A stretch of 64,000 bases of DNA from Hyaloraphidium curvatum SAG 235-1 (taxonomy: Eukaryota; Fungi; Monoblepharomycota), in contig JAIVFI010000005.1 of assembly GCA_025558095.1 (NCBI GenBank), positions 434,001 through 498,000 of the forward strand. The letters run 5' to 3'. A program made the translations under genes and the position numbers. Under the pieces are notes generated by a model. It was given only the letters and a program-made list of their open reading frames with translations, searched no databases and had not been told where the DNA came from. Position 1 is the first letter of the stretch. The number at the start of each line of letters is the position of its first letter. Below, piece by piece: positions 14,783-27,789 of this stretch.

Positions 14783-17616
14783 TTACACTTCCGGCGCAGC
14801 GGCTGCTTGCGGATCGGAGGTTTCATCTTCGGCCGCCTGCGGAGCGAGTCTCGACCGCCCGGCCAGACGGCGAGAAAGTGCCTTGTAGATGCGATAATCC
14901 TGGTCGGCAGAGGCGAAAACGTCGGCCAACGGCTCGGTCGAGCACAATCCGGTCGTACCTTCTTGGAGACGCTCGGGCCGACCTTCGCGAAAGCCGCCTC
15001 GAAATGCCTGTGACAAACCGACAGGGCGGCCGGATGCACCTCGCCCGTCACGGCCAGGTCCGGAAACTCGGATCTCAAGGCGTTCATCGCGGCCTCCCTG
15101 ACGAGGGCCGCGAGATCGGCGCCGCTGCAAGAAAGCGGGTGAGCGGCCTGCCCGCCTGCGCAACGCCACCCTCCGTACCAACCTGAAGCCATCGCATCGC
15201 GGATCGGACGCCAGCTGCACCAGGTCCACCTCGGCATCCAGCGGGGTCGTGCGCGTGACGGTCCTGAGGATCTCGACGCGCTCCTGCGCGTTCGGCAGGT
15301 CGACGTAGAGGACCCGGTCAAGGCGGCCTGGGCGGAGCATGGCGGGATCGATCATGTCGGGCCTGTTCGTGGCCGCAATCACGAAGACACCGCCGCGAGA
15401 TGTCATCCCGTCGAGTTCCGTGAGCAGCGTGTTGACCAGCCTGGCGGTGGATTGCGACTGCCATGTGATCGCAGTCAGGCCAGGAACGCACCAGCCAAAG
15501 GCACGCCACCCACATCCGACTCGCCGGATCTCGTCGGCGCGAGCGCGTCAAGCTCGTCGAAGAAAATGATGCACGGCGCCGACGCCCGGGCGCGCAGGAA
15601 CACCTGGCGGATGGCGCGCTCGCTCTCGCCAACGTACTGAAGGGAGCTTAGCAATCTGGCGGTCTCCAGAACGAGCAGAACGAGCAATCCCACCTTGTTG
15701 AGCAGCTCGGGCCCCTTGACGCTGAGGAAATTGCTGTGGCTCTCGTTCGCGACGGCCTTTGCCAGGAGCGTCTTGCCGCACCCGGGCGGCCCGTACATGA
15801 GGACGCCCATGGGCGCGACGATGCCGACGCTCTTGAAGAGCTCAGGGTGGCGGATCGGCTCCACCACCGACATCCGCAGCTCCTCCCGCACCGCGGTGAG
15901 GGCACCAATGTCGTCCCAGCTAATGTCCGGCACGGTCGCGAAGCCCTCGCGCTTCGACGAGGGCTGCACCTTCTTGACCGCCTTGAGAAAGTCCTCCTCC
16001 GTCACGGCGAGCGGTGCCAGCTCCGCCTCGGTCAGCGGTTCGGGGTGCGTCCGGAGAAAGTGCTCCACCAGGTCCCCGGACGCGTCACCCGCCGCAGCCC
16101 CGCTGGAGTCAATGTCCATCGCGGCTTCCCCGCCCAGGACCTGCCGGTAGATCCTTCCCACGGCCTCCGAGCCGGCCTCGGAGCACAGGCTCACGAGGTC
16201 CGCGCCGACGTAACCCGGCGTGATCTTTGCCAGCCTGTCCAGGAGCACCTCGGGCGCGACCCCGCCGCCCAGCTTCATCCGGCTGCACAGCACCCCGAGG
16301 ATCCTCCTCCGCCCCGCCTCGTCGGGGATGCTCAGCGCCATCTCCCTGTCGAACCTGCCTGCCCGCCTCAGCGCGGGGTCGAGGGCGTCGGGGCGGTTGG
16401 TGGCGCCAAGCACGATGACGGGCCGGCCGTCGGTGCGCTCCGGGTCCATTTCGTCCATGCAGGTGAGGAACTGGGCGACCATGCGGCGCTCCATCTCCCG
16501 CGTGGCGTTTTCGCGCTTGGGGCACATGACGTCGATCTCGTCGAAGAACAGGATGGCGGGGGCGAGTTCCTGCGGCAACGGAGTGAGAAGGGCGGTCCGC
16601 GCAGGGGCACGGCCGTCGCAGCACACCTTTGCCTCGTCAAAAATCTCCCGTATCCGCTTCTCCGACTCGCCGCTCATGCCGCCGACCACGCTCGGCCCCG
16701 AGATGTTGATGAAGGGCACCCCCAGCTCCCCCGCGATGGCGTTGGCCAGCAATGTCTTGCCGCAACCGGGCGGCCCGTACAGCAGCACTCCCCGGGGCGG
16801 AGTGATCCCCAAATGCGTGTGGATCTCCGTGTGCTGGAAAGGGAGCAGGATGACGCGCAGGATCTCGGGGATGAGGTTCTCGATGCCGCCCATGTCGCGC
16901 AGCCGCGTGGTCGGCGGAGGGTGCTTCGCGGCCAGGTTGGCGCGGCTCTTTGCCGAGGGAAGCGCCCCGGGCTCCCTCTGCCGCCGTGCCTCGCGCCGCG
17001 GGGCGGAGTTGGGCGCCGAAGCCGGGGGAAGCCCGGAGCCGGGCGGGCTCGGGGTGCTCGTCCGTGCTGGGGCGGGCGCCACGGGGTCCGGGCCATGTCG
17101 TATCAAGTCCGCAGCGCCCACCGCCGGCTCCTCCGGCCCGTCAGCCGCCGGAGCGGCCTCGCCGTCGATCTCCACGGCGTCGGGGCCCTCGTCCCCGCTG
17201 GGCGGCTTCGGACCGGGCGAGCCCGCAGCCGGCCCCGCCCTGGCGTACATGCCCATCAGCGACCTGTTGAGCATGTCGGCGCCCTCCCGCGGCCTGTCCA
17301 GCTCCGCGCCCGAGTCGTCGTCCGAGGCCGATGCGCCGTCCGAGGCGTCCGCCGGGGGGCCCACGCCCAGCGCCGCCTCCACGGCGGCCCGCAGCGTGCG
17401 GTCCGGCTTGCGCTTCAGCGACGGGTCTGCGCGGCGCACGGCGGCGAGCGCGGCGTCGACGTTGCGCGGCGGCGGCGCGGCCTGCGCGACGAGGAACGCG
17501 ACGCGGCGCGCGAGCGACGCCGACAGCGACGCGCGCTTCTTCGCAGCGCCCGCGCCGCGCTCGTCGGCCGGCTTGCGCTTGCCCGCCGGGTGCGCGAACC
17601 GGAACCCGTCCTCCAT
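14783..17616 (-). CDS. RIX7: AAA+ ATPase Rix7/NVL (60S ribosome biogenesis)
   Basis: Two AAA modules (GVLLYGPPGCGKTLLA, SGESEKRIREIF, REMERRMVAQ; QPSSKREGFATVPD; GPPGCGKTLLAKAVANES; AATNRPDMIDPAMLRPGRLD). Confidence 0.95.
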
Positions 17617-18017
17617 CGCCCGCACGGCTCCCCGCGGTTATTGTTTGGATTGTTTGTGCGCGATCGGGCGCGACACCGGCCCGCTCCGCCCGACGAATCT
17701 CTTTCCGGGACTGGGTGTCGGGACCCGCGGAAGCACTTCCAAGGACTCATAATGCGTGTACAGTGCTCGTAGTCTAGCGGTCGGCGGGCTAGATCACGCT
17801 GGTGCAGCCTGGGCCACAGTGCCCGTCCCCGCGGTGCGCCTGACCCCGGTCCGACCCCCGAAGCGGCCCGACATCAGTCCCCCATTTTCTTCGCAGCACC
17901 ACCCTGCTCCCTGGATGCCACTGACGATGAGGTAGCGTGCAGGAGGGGCTTCAGGTGATCACTTTTGGGCGCGAGCGGGCGTCGCGACTCAGCCGAATCC
18001 CACAACAGACCCCCGCG

Positions 18018-20496
18018 ATGCTCGGCGGCTCGCGCACGGCCACGTCGCCCGCGGCGGACGCCTTCAGCCGGCTGCGCGGCGGGCACGAGCCGGCGGACAC
18101 GTCGCCGCCGTCGTCCGCGCGCCGCGCGCGCCGCACCCGCCGCCACGACGACGGCGCAACAAGCGGCGCCGAGGAGCCCGACGCCTCGCCGGTCGCGCGG
18201 CGGAGGCGCACGGAGACGCATGCGCACGCGGCCCCCGCCCCCGCCCCCGCCCCCGCTCCGGCACCCGGGCTGCTCGGCGGCCTGGGCGGCTTCGCCCCCG
18301 GCTCCGGCTTCTTCGCCGGCCCGGCACCGGCCCTCGCGCCGGCAAAGGCCGGCCCCGCCGCCGGGATCTCGTTCAACTTTGTCACCGGAGAGGCCAAGGT
18401 GCTGGGCGCAGGGGATCCGTCGTCCGGGGACGGCACGGCAAGGGGCCCCGCATCGGACGTCAAGGACAGTGCGACGAGGTGAAGTCTTGCAGGTGCCGCC
18501 ATGCCACGCCGCCGCTCACCCTTTTGCATGCAACTCCAGATCCAGCCAGAGCAGGACCACCAGGTCCAAGGGCCGCGGAGCCGCCGAGGCGCACGAGTAC
18601 GAGGCAGGTTGCATCGCGGCGCACGCACGGGCCGCGCTGACGACGGACCTCCAGCCCGAGACCTTTCGCCCCTTTGGCGCAGCGAGCTCCGATAACACCG
18701 CTTCGCTCGCTTCGGTCCCGGACTCGGACCCGATCCACCTCCCCGTGCAAGACCCCGGCCCGTTCACCTCGCCCCGCGAACCCGCGTCGGACCGCGACCA
18801 CCCGGCAACCTCCAAGCGCGACAAGACTTCGAACCGCGGCCGCGCGCGGCAGAACGCGGTCATGAAGAGCAGGCAGATCCCCACCGCCAGCAGCCCGCCC
18901 CGGGCGCCGAGCCCCGAGTCCCGCAACGCGCCGCCCACCTCGTCCGAGGCGTGGATCGAGAACGAGACCCCGCGGCCCCAGGCCCAGCCCAAAGCACGCA
19001 TCGAGACGCACCAGTACATCAGCGAAGCTCCTGCCCCCGCCGAGCCGCAGCAGCCGCCCCCGCGGCGCCAGCCGTTCCGCGAGCTCCAGCCGCACGAGGT
19101 CCCCATGGCGGGCACACCCAACGCGCAGCACTCGGCGCCGCGAGGGGCCGTCATGAGCGCAAAGAAGGTCGTGGAGCAGCACAAGATCGCCGCCATCGAG
19201 CCCGATCACCAGAGGATCGCAGCCATGGTGCAGAGGCTCAACGGCCAGACCTGCCACCTGAGGGACACCCTCAAGAGTTTCCTGGCCGTGCTCGGCCTCT
19301 TCAGGCAGGACACGCTGCCTTACGACATGATCAAGGCCCACGCCATCGAAGCCGAACAGGTGTCGGCCGCGTACAACGCCACCATCGTCAGCCTCGGCCA
19401 GGAGCAGGTGCTCGCATCCCAGTGGGCTCGCTTCTTTGCCGAGATCACCGGCTTCCACCTGGCGATCGGTCCGCGCTTCCGCACCCTCATCGCCGGGACC
19501 ATGGACTCGTTCTCCCCCGGCGGGATCGACGCCTCGGCGTCGCTGGATGCGGTCGAGAAGGTCTCGCAGTTTTTTGTCGCCAAGCTCGACGCATTTGCCG
19601 CCGTCATCGAGCATGCCCTGGCCACGGCCCCGAGGCAGCAAGCTCACGGCGCCTCCCCCATGGGGACCGAGCGCGCCCCGCAGCGCGAGAATCGGCGGCC
19701 CCAGCAGCCGAACAACTCGGACTTTGGCTCCTACAAGGCGTCGCCGGCGCCGCATGCGGCCACCGGCACGCCCAAAGCCGGCCTGCGGGCGCAGGCGAGC
19801 ATGCGCTCCGCGACCCGGCCGCACCCGCCCCAACCGATGCCCGAGCCGGACTCGCAGCCGGGGCTCGATCTGCTCTCTCCGACGTCCTCCGTGGGGAGCT
19901 ACTACGAGGACGGCGAGGGCGGAATGATGAGCAAGCGGCGCAGGCGCAGCGCCGCCAACCCCGACGGATCGAGGCACTCGCGGCGCCCGCCAGCATACCT
20001 GCTCCGCACCCGCGTCGTCGTCTGGAAGATGGAGTCCGACGGGACGCCCGCAGATCCCTCCGTAATTCCCCCAAGGATGGGCACCGGCCACGCGGTCGTG
20101 CTGCCCAACCAGCGCGTGACGTGGTCGTCGGACGAGAAGGCCACAGAGTGCCTGCTGGACCTCGAGATCGCGCAGTGCTCCGTCAGGCGCACGAACCTGC
20201 CCTGGCAGAACCCGGCGCCGGGAGAGGAGGTCTCGGAGCGGGAGCGCAACGTGGTGGCGATCGCCCTGGGCTCCGAAGTCGATGGCGACAAGGAGAACGC
20301 GGCGACGACGCCGGTCAACAAGAAGCGCGGCAGGGCCGCCCTGGGAAGCCCCCACGGCCCCGCCGCTGCGGCCGAATCGGCCGCGTCCAAGGTCGTGTAC
20401 CTGATGAGGTGCTTCGATACCGCAGAGGCGGAGAAGTTCTGCAAGGTCCTCGCGGACCAGGGGGCGGCGTGGGGAGAGGAAACATCATCCGCTTGA
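18018..20496 (+). CDS. Uncharacterised protein: Gly/Phe low-complexity N-terminus, central helical domain, C-terminal PH/RanBD-like domain
   Basis: ATG 18018; GT-AG intron 18479-18539 joins it in frame to the long ORF ending at 20496; strong GC3 codon bias; C-terminal pattern VVVWKME..RMGTG..VYLMRCFDTAEAEKFCKVL. Confidence 0.7.
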
Positions 20497-20557
20497 GAAG
20501 CCATACACCGACTTAGACCGCTAGCCTCTTGCGCCTTGTAATTAGTTCGATCGAGCT

Positions 20558-21773
20558 TCACTCTTCCTTCACCAAGAGAGGGTCCCGTCCGACCTTCTGC
20601 GGCGCGAGAACCTCGCGGATCCTGCGCGCACCGGCGGAGGCCGTCGGCACGGGGACCGTGGCACCGGCAGGGAAGCATTCGCCGCGCCAGGTTTTGCGGA
20701 TAGCATCCCGAATCTTGACGACCTTGTTCTTGGAGCCGGGGACGGCGCCCTTGACGTAGAGCACGTTCAAGTGGTTGTCGATCTTGATCACCTGAGAAAC
20801 CGTGAGCTACTCGGCCTCGAAGAAAACGCGGGCGATCCCACCTTGAGACTTAGAGCAACGCTGCTCTTGTTCCCCATCTTGCCCGCCATCTTCTTCCCCT
20901 TCCAGACCCTCCCGGGATCCTGGTTCGCTCCAATGGAACCCCCCGACCGGTGCTTGAGAGAGACACCGTGCGAAGCCGGGAGACCCTTGAAGCCCCAGCG
21001 CTTCATAACACCCTGCGTCCCCTTGCCTTTGCTGCGGCCCTTGACATCGACATATTGCCCCGCGACAAAGTGCGCCGCCGTGAGTTCGGTGCCTGCCGCC
21101 TTCTTAGCTCTAGTCGGGTTGAGCTAACGCCAGGACACTCACCAACGGGCGGGATGGCGTCGTTCGTCACGGAGAAGCCGGCGAACACGCGCTTGGGCGC
21201 GACGCCCACGCGCTGGAAGATTCTCCTCCGGGACCGCTTGATCCGCCTCCGCGTCTCGTTCACGGCGCCAATCTGCACCAGAGTGTGCTTGCCGTCCCCG
21301 CGGGGGACGAGGTCGATCACGTGGTTGCTCTCGACCTGCAAGGAAGCGGGTGAGAAGCTGCCCGGCCACGGCGGACGAGACGCGCCGACCTTGAGCACGG
21401 TGACGGCAATTTGCTGGCCCCATTCGTCGAAGTATGTCATCATCCCCTTCTTGGTGGCGACGAGGCCCGTTCGTCGCGTCTTGGTCGGGGTGTAAACAGA
21501 CGAGACGCCCGCGCCGTCCGTGGTCGCCGCGGACACGGGGGAGGTCGAGAAATGCCTCGGCGCCCCGCAACATTGAGATGCGCATCGCTGCGGCGCGCAA
21601 GATGCGGCGTCCCGCCGTCCAAAGAGTCCATGGCACCACACGAGCGCGGAGCCGGCGGCGCCGTCCAGGCATCGCCGCCCCGCGCCCCGAGACGGGATCG
21701 CCGCGGCGAGGAGAGTCTGCGATGGCAACGCGGCGCGCAGCCATGCCGCATCACGCATCGCCGCGCGCGCCAT
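20558..21773 (-). CDS. MRPL3: Mitochondrial ribosomal protein uL3m
   Basis: Arg/Ala-rich targeting peptide; [11 protein letters not shown]; [10 protein letters not shown]; [23 protein letters not shown]; [15 protein letters not shown]; LYVKGAVPG. Confidence 0.93.
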
Positions 21774-22178
21774 CGTTGGGGTGTCGTTTTCGGTAGTGGC
21801 CGCCGCCCCCAACCGCCGCACTGAATGAAGACACCGCCCGCCCGCCCGTCACCCTTCGACGAACGGTGATCTGTTGGCACGTTCACTACAGGACCTAATC
21901 ACTAGGTGCTCCCGCAGTAATGCCAAGAAAAAAGACCCCGCCCGATGGGATCCGATCACGCTGGGTCGATCTCGCCAGACCGGATCCTCGGGGCGGAGAT
22001 CAGATCCGCACGCGGCGCTCCCCTGGTCGGTGCTGACCGAGTTGCAGTAGCCGGGCAGCAGGATCGCCAAACGACAGGCAAGCTGTACGATTGACTGCGC
22101 GTCGCGCCCCTGGGGGCCGTCGTCGCATCGAGCGGTGACTGGGAGAACAGGCCGAAGGGCCATCCACGAAGACGGCAA

Positions 22179-25100
22179 CTAGAACCTCGTGACATCTGAT
22201 AGGCGCGTGTGAGCAAAAGGCAGCAGACCCGACGCGGCGCCCATAACCTTGACTGACTTGCGACCGGTTCTCGAGGAACTCGTACAGGTCGCTCTGCGAC
22301 TTGTAGTCGTCGTAGTCCTCTTCATAGTCGCCGTACGGCAGCCCGTTCGGGCCGAAGCCGTAGATCCGCTCGTACTGGTTCTGGCTCACGCTGCCGTACC
22401 CATTTGCGCTCGAGAGCGCACTGTGCCCCGACTGCGACACGACCGAGCCCGGCCCCCGCGGCAGGGCGAACTTGCGCATCGCGGCCTGCGCGAGGCCAGG
22501 GTAGTCCTGGGTCCAAGCAGCGGGCGGAATGAGCGCGTTCCTGTTCATCTGGTAGTTGAAGCTGCGGGCGGAATCGATGTACGACATCGGGTCGTGCACG
22601 CTCGGCTGCATGGAAGGCAAGGGGCGGGATCGCGGGTCTGTGGAGTGTATGGGTCAGCGCCGACCGCAAATAGACACGGACATCCTTACAATCCGCCGCC
22701 ACCGGAGCCCTCGCATACTGGCCGGCGTCCCAGTACCGCCTGGTGCGATCCTCCCTCGGCTTGCGCGGCTTGCTGAACTGGATGACGCTGATCTTGAGGT
22801 TGTTGAGCGGACCTTCGGCCAGGACACCCTTCTCCTTGAAGTGCGTGAGCAGCTGATACCAAAGCGGGTGTTTGCTGAGGACTTTCGGGTTGCCCAGGAT
22901 GATGAGCCCGTACTTGGCCCGGGTGAGCGCCACGTTGAGACGACGAGGCTCGCTTAAGAAGCCAATGGTGCCGATGTCGTTGGATCGCACGCAAGACAGA
23001 ATGATGTAGTCCTTCTCCCTGCCCTGGAAGGCGTCCACGCTGGCGACTTCGATCTCCTTGTACATCTCCTTCTTCATCGTGCCATTAAACTGCATGTACT
23101 GCACGACAAAGGCGCGCTGCCCCTCGTAAGGCGTGATTATGCCGATCTGGCCGGGGGTCACACCGGACTTGAACAGCCGCGTGACGATCTTTTCGACGTT
23201 GGCGGCCTCCGTGCGGTTCAGGTACGACGTCCCCGACGACGAGATTTCTTCGCTCCCGAACGAGGCGTGGAAGAGCATCGGAAGTTCGGTGATGGGCCAG
23301 GGGAAGTCGAGGTTCTTCCTGATGCGCTCCTGCTGCGTGACGCCGTTCTGCAAGCTCCCTTCGTAGAACATGTTGGATGGGAATTCCGACAGGCACGGGT
23401 GCATTCGGTACTGGACTTGAAGGCGTATGGGCCGCACACCGAGAAGGACCAGGCGCTCGAAAAGCGACTGGTTCAGGCCCGCGCGCGCCGCCTTCTTGTT
23501 CATGATGACCGGTCCCAGCTGCTGGTGGTCGCCGACGAGGACGACCTGCTTGATCCCGAGCACGAGCGGAATCAAGCACTCCGGCTCGGCCGCTTGCGTA
23601 GCTTCGTCGACGAGGGCACATCGGAAGCGAAGCTTGCTCAGACGGGGCTCCCCGGCCCCGACACAGGTGCAGCAGATGACGTCCGCGCTGTCGAGAATCT
23701 CCCTCTCTGCCGCCCTGACCAGGGACTTGTAACGTTTCTCGTCCGCAGCGCTGAGCTCTCCCAGCTCCTCGCGCAGACGGACGAGCTTCTGCAGCTCCGG
23801 ATTCGTGTCCAGCGCCCGCACCTGCTCGTGAAGCGAGAGGAAGCCTATGGACGAGTCGATGGCTTCCCTGCTCTTCGCCATGATGCGGACCACTTTGAGT
23901 CCAGTCTTGTGGATCTTCTCGGTCAGCTGGTCGACGGCCACGTTGGACGGCGCGACGACCAGAACTTGTCCGCTGCCCTGCTTCGCCAGGTGGTAGACGA
24001 TGGTCGCAGATGTCACCGTCTTTCCCGTGCCGGGCTAACGGAGACGAAGGGCCCGCAATCAACGGAGGCTCGACAGGAAATGAAGCGCGGCGAGGCTTAC
24101 CGGACCCTGGATGAGAGACAATGGCTTCTGCAGCACGCTCTTGACCGCGTAAACTTGAGAGTGGTTCAGCTCCGGCAAATTCGGCGCCGAGAACCGCTTC
24201 GGCATTTGCGCGCGGATCGCCTGCGGCTCCACGTCGTGACCCAAAATCCGGTGGTAGATGTAGCCGCTGATGCAGGTCTCATCGACCGCAAAGGAACGCA
24301 GCGCCGCCTGCATGCGGTCGTAGGGCGTAGACTTCCACACGAAGTCGACCGTGAAGTTGTGCGTGCAGTCCGTAGGCGCTTTGTCGGCCCGCCGCAGCTC
24401 CAGCCCAACCTCGTCTGACATGTCTACGGAAGAGTGAGCGCAAAGCGGGGCGGTGATGGTCACACAGCAACGCACTGTTTGGAATCTTGACCACGTTGCC
24501 ATTCCCTTCCCATGGCGCGTGCAACTCGCCGCGGTACTTGAGAACCAGCTCGTCCCCGACAGCCAGCTTGATGTCCCCCTGCTCGAGCTTGGGTAGCAGG
24601 AAGTAGGCAACCCGCTTCATGTTCAGGCCCATGTCCCAGCGGACCACAACGTCGTCCTGCGTCTGCGACTCCTTCGTGCGCTGGTCGTAGTCGGCCTCGA
24701 GCTTCACCAAGGGTGCCAGGATGTTCTGGTACTGGTAGCCGTCCTCATAACGAAGGAGGGCCGGCTGCGGCTCATCGTCGATCCCCGGCTTCTCCAGATC
24801 TTCCACCGTCGCTTCGGAATTCTCCCTCCACAGCTCCTCGAGCTTCGTGATCTGGCTGTTGGTGATGTGGCGCGCTCGGAGCTGCTCCTGCTCCGAAGGC
24901 ACCTTCACCAGCCAAGGGAGAAAAGCACGGTCCTCAATGAGCGGCGACCACTGTGCTAGATCCCAGTTCATGTCCTTGGTCGACGGAATGGCAGCGCACG
25001 GTTGCCTGAAAACACGTCATCAAGAGAAGTCAATTCCCAAGGGATGCCGGGGCTCACCGGCAGAGCAGCACAACCACGGTGTCTTTCTTGGCCGGGATGA

Positions 25101-25568
25101 ACCCGAGGAGAAAGACGTTGCGACAGCCGCAGTTGTAGCATTCGAGCAGCGTCTCCCCCAGCGGCGACTCCGGGTGGAGAGAGACCTCCTTGTGCTTCGA
25201 CTTCACGAGGTGGTTTATGATGTGGGACCCGCTCGTGCTGCCCCGGCCGTTGCAGAAGTACTTGGAGCAGGTCGCGCACTTGACCACCGACGAAGCCGTG
25301 TGGATCCCGCAGTACCTGGATCCCCGAACCGGCAAGCGCTCGAGCCAGCTTCCAAAGAGAGATCCGAAAGATCTTACCTGCAGGCATGGGCCGGGAGATC
25401 CTTCCAAGCGTCCTCATCCCGCACCAGATCGAGTTCGTCTCCTTCGTTCAGCCGCAGCCCGTTCAAGCGGTCCGAGATCTCTCCGTAGCCACCGCCCATA
25501 ACCGAGCTCCTCCCATCGTCGTACCGCGAGCCATCGTCGGGCTGGCTTGCTATATCATCGCGGTCCAT
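22179..25568 (-). CDS. UPF1: Nonsense-mediated decay helicase Upf1/Nam7
   Basis: CH domain ([33 protein letters not shown]), [52 protein letters not shown]; last exon DVTRF*. Confidence 0.97.
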
Positions 25569-25645
25569 CCGGGGCCTGCCGTGCGAGAAACGACGAAAGG
25601 GTTTGCGGCGGCCCAGCGGCGGCCTCACTGACGCGGATTCCGACC
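25569..25645. promoter_or_regulatory. 77-bp bidirectional promoter (UPF1/NTF2)
   Basis: Divergent ATGs at 25568(-) and 25646(+). Confidence 0.6.
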
Positions 25646-26260
25646 ATGGCCGACCCGGCAGGTACTCGGAGCTGCGGGAACGATGCGATCCGTGCTTTAC
25701 GAGCTCTGTTGGTCGGGCAGCAATCGCCTCGAGCTTCACGACGTACTACTATGAGCTCTTCAAGACGGACCGGTCGCAGCTCAGGGGTCTCTACGTACGC
25801 GTTTGCTCGGCAAGACGCGTGCCGTCGCGTCTGATTTGTGGCTCCGACAGAAAGAGAACTCGATGCTGACGTGGGAAGGGCAGCAGGTGCTGGGCGTCGA
25901 CCGAATCGTGGAGAAGCTCGTGGTACGACGCGACCCTTCTCCCTCCTGGAAAGCGGCTCAGACAACGGCCATCGCCAGTCTCTTCCTTTTGCGCAAATCC
26001 AGCACAAGATTACGTCCTTGGATGCCCAGCCCTCGAATCCTGAGGGCACGGGGATGATTGTGCTCGTCACCGGCCAGCTGCTGGTACGGCCGCCGATCGT
26101 TTCCGGACCGGGATCCAGGGGAGCTGACCATGGCTTGCGGGGCCGTCGGCGCCAGGTGGATGGGGAGTCGAACCCCATGAACTTTTCCCAGGCGTTCCAG
26201 CTCGTGTCCCAGGGACCGAACCAGTTCTTCCTGTTCAACGACATTTTCCGGCTGAATTAG
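25646..26260 (+). CDS. NTF2: Nuclear transport factor 2
   Basis: Spliced MADPAAIASSFTTYYYELF..DRSQLRGLY KENSMLTWEG..SLPFAQIQHKITSLDAQPS..VLVTGQL..FSQAFQL..FFLFNDIFRLN*. Confidence 0.96.
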
Positions 26261-26440
26261 TTGGTTTCTTCTCCTTGACCGCCTGCCTCTACAACGCTCA
26301 TGGAACCTGCCCTTCGCAGCGGTTGATCTATACTATACCACGGTCAAGCATACCCATGTTGCCTGCAGAGGCCGAGCGCTCCCATTGGAGCCTTCGGTCT
26401 TTGCACGGACGTTGTATCGCCGGCAGGTGCGCCCTTCTGG

Positions 26441-27543
26441 TCAGAATTTGAAGACGACGTCGTCGACTTTGCTGACCGCCTGCGCCGGAGGGAATCCGAG
26501 GGCAGCGCAGTGTCCGGTCATTGCCTTGACCATCGGCGGCGGTCCGCAAATCAGGATCTTGCACTTGGAGGTCGGATTCGGCAGTCGCTCCGCAACCATG
26601 TCTTTGGTGACGAAACCCTCGCCGCCTTGCCATCCCTTTGGTGCCTGGAGTCGACAGCCCGGCTCAGAACGTCGTGCAAACGACTAGAAGCCCACACCGA
26701 CCTCGAGCAGTACATAGTAGACTCGAAAACGATCCGGATGTGCCTGGGCCAAGGCATCCAGCTCCTCCCGCAGAAGGATGTCCTCGGCCGTGTTGTTGGC
26801 GTAGATGAGGCTGATCTTGGTCAGATCCTTCTCTTCCCGCAGCGCCGCCAGGGCAACCTGAGAAGCTACCGTCAGCGTCGTTGGGCGGAGGCTCCTGGCG
26901 GCCTTGCCTGGTACATGGGAGTGATGCCGGTTCCGCCGGCGATCATGCCCAACTCCGCGACCATATTGGCCCGATATATCATGTTCCCCTTGGGCCCGCG
27001 CACCCTGATGGAGCTTCCTATCTTCATCTGGTCGAGATAGCGTGACATGTTGCCCGTCGGGTACGTCTTGACCACCAGCTCAAAATAGCCCTTCGTGTCG
27101 TTGAGCGTGACCGGTGTGTAGCTCCGGAAGCATTCCTTCCCGTCGATCTCGGCAGCGAGAGAGATGTGCTGCCCAATCGGAAGGCCCAGGGAAGCGTCCG
27201 GTCTTGGCAAGGCGAAGCGGTACCTTGGGTCCGGAGGGTCAGACGGTGTCACCTGGCTCCTTCGCGCACCCCACTTTGCCGTGTTCGGACTCAACTGCGT
27301 CTTCTGGGTCAATGGAAACTCTCGCCATTCCGTTGGACTGATGACACCTGGTGCCCCAACCGTCGGTTTCTCTCCGGACGCGGCCACGTTCCGTCACCAA
27401 CTCCATTTCGAGCCCTCCGTCGCAAGCGTCAACGCGGCGAGGGCACCGAGCCCGGCGGCTATTGCGAGCCAGAGAGGGAGACCCAAAGCGATGATGATGC
27501 TGGCAACGGCCAAGGCCGCGACGGGGACAAGGGGAACTGCCAT
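26441..27543 (-). CDS. CBR1: NADH-cytochrome b5 reductase (N-terminal membrane anchor)
   Basis: Hydrophobic N-terminus; [15 protein letters not shown]; RSYTP; [10 protein letters not shown]; RGPKG; [13 protein letters not shown]; [10 protein letters not shown]; LICGPPPM; DDVVFKF*. Confidence 0.93.
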
Positions 27544-27789
27544 TTTGACGGCGTAAACAAGTCAAGGCCGACCGCTCGGCCGGAGGCGTCCGCGTCGGGA
27601 ACCCCCGATCCTCCTTTCCCCGCTACTTCGCCTGAATCAATCTCGGGGCGGACATCCGAGTAGCACGGCGAGTGAGACACCTTCCGTTCTCTGGCCTCTA
27701 CCATCTGCGAAAGAGCGCATGACTACATCATGGATGATCAGAATCAGCAATACCCAGCGAAAGAATCGACAACCATCCCAATCCTGCTT

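Noticed and set aside
17763-17870. tRNA-like start (GTGCTCGTAGTCTAGCGG, A-box-like) with a weak B-box
   Set aside because: No TTCRA T-loop, and no acceptor or anticodon stems can be formed
18231-18256. (GCCCCC)n repeat; also GGGS-coding repeats near 39780-39835
   Set aside because: Both are coding low-complexity tracts (PAPAPA; GGGS), not independent elements
15736-20355. Long antisense or alternate-frame ORFs (678, 510, 631, 521 aa) over RIX7 and the orphan gene
   Set aside because: Shadow ORFs expected from extreme GC3 bias; no recognisable motifs. The same applies to ORFs opposite UPF1, UTP20 and VPS1.
27340-27410. In-frame TGA in CBR1 (possible selenocysteine or read-through)
   Set aside because: It lies in a 54-nt GT-AG intron; the spliced frame is continuous and the position is not a conserved Cys
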